NCBI GenBank assembly: GCA_050177605.1
Contig: JBFXGX010000001.1
Coordinates: forward strand, 46,566-78,958
Length of the DNA: 32,393 nt
Direction: 5' to 3'
DNA from: Candidatus Izemoplasmatales bacterium
GTDB lineage: Bacteria; Bacillota_I; Bacilli_A; Izemoplasmatales; Hujiaoplasmataceae
In this document: one piece after another, positions 26,386-32,393 of the stretch
Position numbering within the stretch: the first letter of the stretch is position 1
Layout: every line of letters begins with the position of its first letter
Made by a program: the position numbers and the translations under genes
The notes under the pieces: model-generated
What the model was told of the DNA's origin: nothing
What the model saw: only the letters and a program-made list of their open reading frames with translations
Database searches by the model: none

Positions 26386-27399
26386 TTAAATTAATGAACC
26401 GAAGTATTTTAAAGTACGAACCATTTGGTTTGTGAAAGATGCTTCGTTGTCATACCAAGTAAGAACCTTCACTAATTGTTTTCCATCAGCTGTAGTTAAT
26501 AAAGTAGTTGATTCAGCATCAAATAATGTTCCTTGAGTAATTCCGATAACATCACTTGAAACGATTGGATCTTCTGTGTAACCTACTGTATCGGATTGAG
26601 CAGCTTTTACAGCAGCATTTACTTCTTCAACAGTAACTGTTTTTTCAAGTTCAACAACTAAGTCAACAATTGAACCAGTGATTACTGGAACACGAAGTGC
26701 TAAACCATCCATTTTTCCTTTTAATTGAGGTAATACTAATGCAACAGCTTTAGCAGCACCAGTTGTTGTTGGAACGATGTTCGCAGCAGCAGCTCTACCT
26801 CTTCTTGTATAATGTCCTTTTGAATGAGGAATATCTAATGTAGCTTGGTCATTTGTGTAAGCATGAACTGTAGTCATATATCCACGAACGATACCGAAGT
26901 TGTCATCTAATACTTTAGCAATTGGAGCTAAGCAATTTGTTGTACATGAAGCAGCACTAATTACTGTTTCAGCACCAGTTAAAGATTTTTCGTTAACACC
27001 AAATACAACTGTAGGAACATCTTTTTCTTTTGCAGGAGCACTGATGATAACTTTTTTAGCTCCAGCTTGAATATGATATCCTGCTGTTTCTTTTGAAGTA
27101 AAGAATCCTGTACATTCTAGAACTACATCAACACCTAGTTCTCCCCAAGGTAATAGTTTTGGATCTCTTTGAGCATAAACTTGAATTTTTTTGCCATCTA
27201 CTACAATTGCGTTTCCATCAACAGATACATCTTTGCCGTATCTTCCTTGAGAACTATCATATTTTAGTAAATAACCTAATTGTGCAGCATCAGTTAAATC
27301 ATTGATTGCGACGATTTCAAAATCATCGTGACCAAACATTAATCTAAACGCTAAACGTCCGATTCTACCGAATCCATTAATTGCTACTTTTACAGACAT
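26386..27399 (-). CDS. gap: Type I glyceraldehyde-3-phosphate dehydrogenase (likely NAD-dependent)
   Basis: [37 protein letters not shown]. Confidence 0.99.
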   Translation of the reverse strand: MSVKVAINGFGRIGRLAFRLMFGHDDFEIVAINDLTDAAQLGYLLKYDSSQGRYGKDVSVDGNAIVVDGKKIQVYAQRDPKLLPWGELGVDVVLECTGFFTSKETAGYHIQAGAKKVIISAPAKEKDVPTVVFGVNEKSLTGAETVISAASCTTNCLAPIAKVLDDNFGIVRGYMTTVHAYTNDQATLDIPHSKGHYTRRGRAAAANIVPTTTGAAKAVALVLPQLKGKMDGLALRVPVITGSIVDLVVELEKTVTVEEVNAAVKAAQSDTVGYTEDPIVSSDVIGITQGTLFDAESTTLLTTADGKQLVKVLTWYDNEASFTNQMVRTLKYFGSLI

Positions 27400-27447
27400 A
27401 AAATCATTTCCTCCTAATATTTATATATTACTTTCTACGTCTATTTT

Positions 27448-27476
27448 ATTTTACTCTAATTTCTTTCATTTTTCAA
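27448..27476 (-). promoter_or_regulatory. Sigma-A promoter of gap
   Basis: TTGAAA (27476-27471), 17 bp spacer, TAAAAT (27453-27448). Confidence 0.65.
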
Positions 27477-27630
27477 GTTTTGTCTATCTAAAAAGCGTTT
27501 TCAAATCAAAATTTCACCAAAGCTTCAATATTTCATTTTATTAAGAGTCTGTAAGATACCAATAATACTGAATATATAACCGTATATATTAAACAAGTCT
27601 TTAAAGAAAACAAAAATTAATGGAGGATTT

Positions 27631-29028
27631 ATGTTAAAAAGAGCATGGATAAGTGTTATTAGAAATAAGGGACGTACAATCATATTAGGCGTTCTTCTTT
27701 TTGTGATTGCTAATCTTGTATTAAGTTCAATCTCAATCAAAAGCGCTACAGAAGAGGCGACTCTTCAAGCAAGATTATCGCTAGACCCCGAAATCACCCT
27801 TACAACCAATAGAACAGAGTTATTTGATTATATAAAGGAATATCGAGCACTCTATGGAACAAGACCAAGTCAAGAAGAAATTAATGAGATGCTTGTACCG
27901 ATCACGAGCGATGTAGCCTATGGAATCGCTCTTAATAGTGAGTATGTAATTGATTTTAATTTTAGTTATAGTACTACAAGTTATGCGGATAATTTTTACC
28001 CTCTTACTTCAGAAGGTACACTAGATGAAACAAAAGAATCTAAAATCAGTATTACTGGAACCTATAATCCGATGATGCTTGACGAATTTTCTGAGGTTGG
28101 CACCTATGAACTCACCTCTGACAGTTCTTCTTTTACAGGCGCCGATAGCGGAGTCATTATAATTTCCTATAATCTTGCTGTTGAGAATCATCTTGAAATT
28201 GGCGATTCAATTTCACTGGAAACATATGATTATTCGACGATGTCCTTTACCATCGTCGGCATATTTATGACTGAAGATATCATTGTAACTAGTGGAAAAA
28301 CAGTTGCTGATAATCAAGTATTTATTCCACTGAATGATGCATTGATTTTAAAAGGACAAGACCCAGAATCTACTTTCACAATTACTTCAGCAAAGTATTT
28401 TTTACTTGATCCTCTTGATATCGATGCCTTTATCGAAGAAAGCACTGCCATGTACACTGAAATCAGCAGTGGTGATCTTGTTTTCCTCGATGTCAGTTAT
28501 GATGCAATTACCGCACCGCTTGAGAATGTCGCTTCTTTTAGTAATATCATCTTGCTCATCAGTGTTAGCGCAGCAGTTGTCATCTTAACATTACTTATCG
28601 TAAACACGTTAAAAGAAAGAAAATATGAAATCGGTGTTCTTCTATCCTTGGGAGAAGCGAAGTTAAGAATCAGTCTACAATACTTACTTGAGCTAATTTT
28701 GGTTGCGTTACTTGCTTTCAGTTTAAGCATTACTACAAGTAACACTGTTAGTGGATATCTAGGAGATATGCTTTTACAAAATGAGATATCAGATGCTGAA
28801 GCAGCAACTACTACAACAGAGTATCCAAAAAGTGGTGGGGGTAGTTTGTCAAGTTTACTACTTACAGATGTCAATTATGATGAACTAGATATCAGCGTTC
28901 AAGTAAGTGTAATCGATTTCGTAACTACTTTAGGAATTGGAATTGGTATTATTTTTGTTAGTAGCGTAATTCCAAGTTTATATATAACAAGATATCAACC
29001 GAAGAAGATTCTATCTTCTAGAAATTAG
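27631..29028 (+). CDS. FtsX/MacB-like ABC transporter permease (YclI-like)
   Basis: KRAW...KGRT N-terminus, TM1, a large extracellular domain, ERKYEIGVLLSLGE, and C-terminal RYQPKKIL. Confidence 0.88.
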   Translation: MLKRAWISVIRNKGRTIILGVLLFVIANLVLSSISIKSATEEATLQARLSLDPEITLTTNRTELFDYIKEYRALYGTRPSQEEINEMLVPITSDVAYGIALNSEYVIDFNFSYSTTSYADNFYPLTSEGTLDETKESKISITGTYNPMMLDEFSEVGTYELTSDSSSFTGADSGVIIISYNLAVENHLEIGDSISLETYDYSTMSFTIVGIFMTEDIIVTSGKTVADNQVFIPLNDALILKGQDPESTFTITSAKYFLLDPLDIDAFIEESTAMYTEISSGDLVFLDVSYDAITAPLENVASFSNIILLISVSAAVVILTLLIVNTLKERKYEIGVLLSLGEAKLRISLQYLLELILVALLAFSLSITTSNTVSGYLGDMLLQNEISDAEAATTTTEYPKSGGGSLSSLLLTDVNYDELDISVQVSVIDFVTTLGIGIGIIFVSSVIPSLYITRYQPKKILSSRN

Positions 29029-29037
29029 GTGAGAAAA

Positions 29038-29757
29038 ATGAACACAATTATCGAAGTAAAAGATCTTTATCATAAATATCAAGATGGTCAAAAACTACGA
29101 TCAGTATTAAAAGATGTTAATGTCCAATTTGAAGAAGGAAAGTTGTATGCGATTTTAGGAGAATCTGGATCAGGGAAAACGACACTGTTGTCTTTAATTA
29201 GCGGACTAGATGCAGTTCAAGAAGGCGAAATACTATACTTGGGTAAAAAAATAGCCGAGATTGGTTATACGAATTATCGTAAAAACGATGTCAATGTAAT
29301 CTTTCAATCCTATAATCTGATTAAATATATGACAGCTGTAGAAAATGTTATTACTGCGATGGACATTAAAAATGTTAAAATTCCAAACAAAAAGGAAAAA
29401 GCTTACGAAATCTTGTTAAATTTAGGAATAGACAAGGATACTGCAGACAGAGAAGTGTTAAAAATTAGCGGTGGTGAACAGCAACGTACTGCCATTGCTC
29501 GTGCACTCGTCCATGATTCCAAAGTTATCCTCGCAGATGAGCCTAGCGGAAACCTAGACGATGATACTGAAAAGGAAATCATTACAATCTTTCAAGAACT
29601 TGCAAGAGCTGGAAAATGTGTTATTATCGTAACACATTCACGTAATGTAGCAAACAATGCGGATATCATCTATAAAATCAAAGATGGTAAAGTCAGCGAA
29701 GTCAAGAAAAAAGTTGCAAAAAAGAAAACGATTAAAGAAATGGATGAAATAGAATAA
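29038..29757 (+). CDS. ABC transporter ATP-binding protein (LolD/MacB/YclH-like)
   Basis: [40 protein letters not shown]. Probable ATG at 29038 behind AGGTGA (track start 29029). Confidence 0.93.
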   Translation: MNTIIEVKDLYHKYQDGQKLRSVLKDVNVQFEEGKLYAILGESGSGKTTLLSLISGLDAVQEGEILYLGKKIAEIGYTNYRKNDVNVIFQSYNLIKYMTAVENVITAMDIKNVKIPNKKEKAYEILLNLGIDKDTADREVLKISGGEQQRTAIARALVHDSKVILADEPSGNLDDDTEKEIITIFQELARAGKCVIIVTHSRNVANNADIIYKIKDGKVSEVKKKVAKKKTIKEMDEIE

Positions 29758-29787
29758 AAAAGATGGATAAATTTATCCATCTTTTTT
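29756..29787. terminator. Bidirectional terminator (perfect 32 bp palindrome) between the ABC ATPase and spx
   Basis: AAAAAAGATGGATAAA|TTTATCCATCTTTTTT between convergent genes. Confidence 0.88.
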
Positions 29788-29799
29788 TCCTATAAAGCA

Positions 29800-30237
29800 T
29801 TAGTTTCTTCTAGAAATAGCTTCCTTGATTGCACGTTTGTATTCGCAATCATCTGAACATTCATCACAAACAACATTTTGGCGAAATTGTCTAGGGATAA
29901 ATGCTCTGATTTCATCCTCGTTATATCCTGTTTGCATAATCTTTTCATTGATAATAATTGGTCTTTTGAGGATTGTAGGATTATCAATAATAAAGTCTGC
30001 AAGTTCTCCAAAGCGCATTTCTTCTGTATCTAAGTTGCTATCTTTAAAGATTTTGGAACGAGTTGAAATAATGTCTTCAAATCCATTCTCAGAGAATTTA
30101 AGCATATTAATGATATCATCGCGTGTTAGGCGAATTCCAATAATGTTTTTTTCTTTATAGGGAATTCTGTTTTCTTCAAGCCATTTCTTCGCTTTTCTAC
30201 ATGATGAACAGCTAGAGCTTGTATATAAAGTAATCAT
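29800..30237 (-). CDS. spx: Spx-family transcriptional regulator with a Cys-rich C-terminal extension
   Basis: MITLYTSSSCSSCRKAKKWL, ENGFEDIISTRS, LKRPII, GYNEDEIRAF. Start reassigned to ATG 30237 behind RBS GAGGGA. Confidence 0.93.
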   Translation of the reverse strand: MITLYTSSSCSSCRKAKKWLEENRIPYKEKNIIGIRLTRDDIINMLKFSENGFEDIISTRSKIFKDSNLDTEEMRFGELADFIIDNPTILKRPIIINEKIMQTGYNEDEIRAFIPRQFRQNVVCDECSDDCEYKRAIKEAISRRN

Positions 30238-30261
30238 TTGGCATCCCTCTCTTTCTAAAAT

Positions 30262-30317
30262 ATTATACCATATAATTGTGTATTTTCTAGTCATTTTGTG
30301 TAAAATAATGGTATAAT
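30262..30317. promoter_or_regulatory. Back-to-back extended -10 promoters for spx (-) and pepF (+)
   Basis: TGGTATAAT on the minus strand at 30270-30262 and on the plus strand at 30309-30317. Confidence 0.65.
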
Positions 30318-30350
30318 GGGTGTAATTATAGTGATGGAGGTTTCAAAACC

Positions 30351-32117
30351 ATGAAATGGGATTTAACTTATTTATATCAAAATGATGAAGCGTTTCAACA
30401 TGATTATAAAAAAGCGCTAGAAATCATTGAAAAATTAGCTACATTTAAAGGCAAATTAGTGAATGAATCAGCCTTTAAAGAATATTTTTTATTACAATTA
30501 GAATTTGAAAAAGTTGGACTCAGAGCTTACCAATATGCTCACCTAAAAAGTGACTTAAACAAAAAGGATAATGCTAGTTCAGCAGCACTTCAACAAGTTC
30601 AATTGATGTTTTCAAAATTATCTGAGGCTGTTGCTTTTGAAGAACCTGAAGTAATTTCTTTAGGGAAAGATAAAGTATTTGCTTTTTTGGCAAACAATCA
30701 AGAATTAAAGAGTTTCACTTTCCAATTTGAAAAACTTTTCAAAAGACAAGAACATATTTTAGATGATAAATCAGAAAGTCTACTCGCTACTTTTAGTCAA
30801 ACGTTAAGTGCTGGTAGAGAACTATATAGTTCCTTATCCGTTGCGGATATTGAACATGGCGATGTGATGCTAGATAGTGGTGAAATTGTTACAATCACCA
30901 ACAGTAATTACCGCGCATTTATTAAGAAAAGCAAATCTGCAGAAGAAAGAAAAGAAATCTTTGAAAGTGTCTTTTCATATTATGAAGCACATAAAAACAC
31001 CTATGCCAACATCTATAAAAATGTGTTAGATGCAGATTATGCATTGATGAAGGCTAGAAATTATGATTCTTCTCTAGAAAAATATTTATTTAATAACCAA
31101 ATTCCAACAAGTGTTTATCATTCTTTAGCGAACACCGCAAGAAAAAATACTGAAGTGATTAAAAAATATATGAATCTCAGAAAAGAGTTCTTAGGACTAG
31201 AAGAATATCATACTTATGATCGATTCTTAGATTTAGCTTCTTCCGATAAAGAGTATTCATTTGAAGATGCAAAGAAATTATTCTTTGATTCCATTAAAGA
31301 CTTCCCAGCAACTTTTAAAGACAAAGCTCAAGAAGTATTAAAAGAAGGATTTGTTGATGTCTTCGAACAATCAGGAAAAAGAACTGGTGCATACTCTAGT
31401 TCGATGCCTGACTTACATCCATTTATCTTACTCAACTTCTCTGGAACACTTGAAGATGTATTTACAGTAGCTCATGAAGCTGGTCATTCTATTCACTCGA
31501 TGTTCTCAGCAGAAACACAACCTTCGAATTTACAAGATTATACGATTTTCGTAGCGGAAGTTGCTTCTACTTTCAATGAACATAATTTATTAGATTATTT
31601 CATTTCTAGTGGACAAGGTTCCAAAGAAGAAAAAATTGCTTTGCTTCAAAGAGCAATTGATGATATCCTATCTACTTTCTACCGCCAAACCTTATTTGCT
31701 ATCTATGAACTTGAGGCACATAAATTAGTAGAAAACAATCAACCAATTACGCCAGATGCATTATCAAACATAATGATTTCTTTATATCAAGAATTCTATG
31801 GACTTGATATTACGAAAGAGGAAGTAAAACAATACGTTTGGGCTTATATTCCTCATCTATTCTATACACCTTTCTATGTCTATCAATATGCAACAAGTTT
31901 TGCAGCGTCCTTAAAAATTTATGAAGATGTAAAAAACAAAAAAGAAGGCGCATTTGAAAAATACTTAAATCTATTAAGATCTGGGGGATCCAAATATCCA
32001 GTCGTTCAATTACAAGAAGCTGGGGTGGATTTAACCAATGAAGATGCCTTCTTAGCGGTTGTAAACAGAATGAATGAATTAGTTAATCAATTAGAACTTG
32101 AATTAAAAAATAAGTAG
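30351..32117 (+). CDS. pepF: Oligoendopeptidase F (M3B)
   Basis: KWDL, GKRTGAYS, HPFILLN, TVAHEAGHSIH (HEXXH), AEVASTFNE, IPHLFY.PFYVYQYAT. Confidence 0.96.
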   Translation: MKWDLTYLYQNDEAFQHDYKKALEIIEKLATFKGKLVNESAFKEYFLLQLEFEKVGLRAYQYAHLKSDLNKKDNASSAALQQVQLMFSKLSEAVAFEEPEVISLGKDKVFAFLANNQELKSFTFQFEKLFKRQEHILDDKSESLLATFSQTLSAGRELYSSLSVADIEHGDVMLDSGEIVTITNSNYRAFIKKSKSAEERKEIFESVFSYYEAHKNTYANIYKNVLDADYALMKARNYDSSLEKYLFNNQIPTSVYHSLANTARKNTEVIKKYMNLRKEFLGLEEYHTYDRFLDLASSDKEYSFEDAKKLFFDSIKDFPATFKDKAQEVLKEGFVDVFEQSGKRTGAYSSSMPDLHPFILLNFSGTLEDVFTVAHEAGHSIHSMFSAETQPSNLQDYTIFVAEVASTFNEHNLLDYFISSGQGSKEEKIALLQRAIDDILSTFYRQTLFAIYELEAHKLVENNQPITPDALSNIMISLYQEFYGLDITKEEVKQYVWAYIPHLFYTPFYVYQYATSFAASLKIYEDVKNKKEGAFEKYLNLLRSGGSKYPVVQLQEAGVDLTNEDAFLAVVNRMNELVNQLELELKNK

Positions 32118-32126
32118 TGATATAAT
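32098..32126 (+). promoter_or_regulatory. Sigma-A promoter of the trpS leader
   Basis: TTGAAT (32098-32103), 17 bp spacer, TATAAT (32121-32126) with a TG extension. Confidence 0.75.
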
Positions 32127-32132
32127 CTAATC

Positions 32133-32335
32133 AAATCGTTGATACGGAAGAGTAAATAATGAAATGTAGTCAAGCGACCTTGGTTTGGTGTAAGCAAGGA
32201 TACAGTAATTATTGAATGGACCGTGGAGTGATGCCAATAACATCCGTTTTCCGCGTTAAGGAATGAAGGGCTAGAGAAATCTAGAACAAAGGTGGTACCG
32301 CGCATAGTCGTCCTTTTTTTAGGGCGACTTTTTTA
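32133..32335 (+). ncRNA. T-box riboswitch leader (Trp) with terminator
   Basis: AGTA, AGCGA and GGTGTAA stem I motifs; specifier GAA-TGG (Trp, 32217-32219); T-box AACAAAGGTGGTACCGCG (32285-32302); terminator AGTCGTCCT...AGGGCGACT followed by a T tract. Confidence 0.95.
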
Positions 32336-32358
32336 TTTTATATAGGAGGATTCAAAAA

Positions 32359-32393
32359 ATGAAACGAATCGTATCAGGAATTAAACCAACAGG
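32359..32393 (+). CDS. trpS: Tryptophan--tRNA ligase, 5' end only
   Basis: RBS AGGAGG; MKRIVSGIKPT matches the TrpRS N-terminus (SGxxPTG); preceded by a Trp-specifier T-box. Confidence 0.88.
   Translation, partial: MKRIVSGIKPT

Noticed and set aside
27525..27740. 71 aa minus-strand ORF upstream of gap (possible regulator)
   Set aside because: Overlaps the ABC permease start on the opposite strand and shows no similarity to CggR or any family I recognise.
2513..28874. Remaining short track ORFs nested in or antisense to long genes (for example 2513, 6200, 8529, 10070, 11126, 13752, 14451, 15204, 15587, 17415, 18757, 19389-19903, 20243, 21032, 22516, 24051, 28406, 28497)
   Set aside because: All overlap well-supported conserved genes and lack recognisable motifs.
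29756..29787. Perfect 32 bp palindrome as a possible mobile-element end or recombination site
   Set aside because: Its position between convergent stops and its A/T tails are sufficiently explained by a bidirectional terminator.
29825..30160. Plus-strand ORF and the overlapping 29790-30011 minus-strand ORF
   Set aside because: Antisense or alternate-frame shadows of spx.
32087..32305. 72 aa minus-strand ORF
   Set aside because: Antisense to the Trp T-box leader, which explains the sequence.

Overview
Low-GC core-genome segment from a Bacillota/Mollicutes-type bacterium. TGA is used as a stop codon (translation table 11). Gene content and the gaps in conserved operons suggest an Acholeplasmatales/Izemoplasmatales-like, probably wall-less lineage (inference). 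Most genes are on the minus strand. In window order: partial GH65-like gene; rpsT; holA; comEC; comEA; yqeM-rsfS-yqeK-yqeH-yqeG; acyl-ACP thioesterase; YgiQ radical SAM; YgjP/M48-like; mtnN; greA; udk; trhP1/trhP2/trmR; DUF1292; ruvX; alaS with an Ala T-box; recD2; Xaa-Pro aminopeptidase; DUF4097-DUF1700-PadR; VTT/DedA; gap; a YclIH-like ABC exporter; spx; pepF; a Trp T-box and the start of trpS. No mobile element, CRISPR array, rRNA or tRNA was seen. I found no clearly novel multi-gene system. The best leads are a ComEA with three tandem SLBB domains, an Spx with a C-terminal CxxCxxxC tail, a tightly coupled mtnN-ygjP-ygiQ-thioesterase cassette, the absence of peptidoglycan genes from the alaS-greA operon, and several candidate operators.
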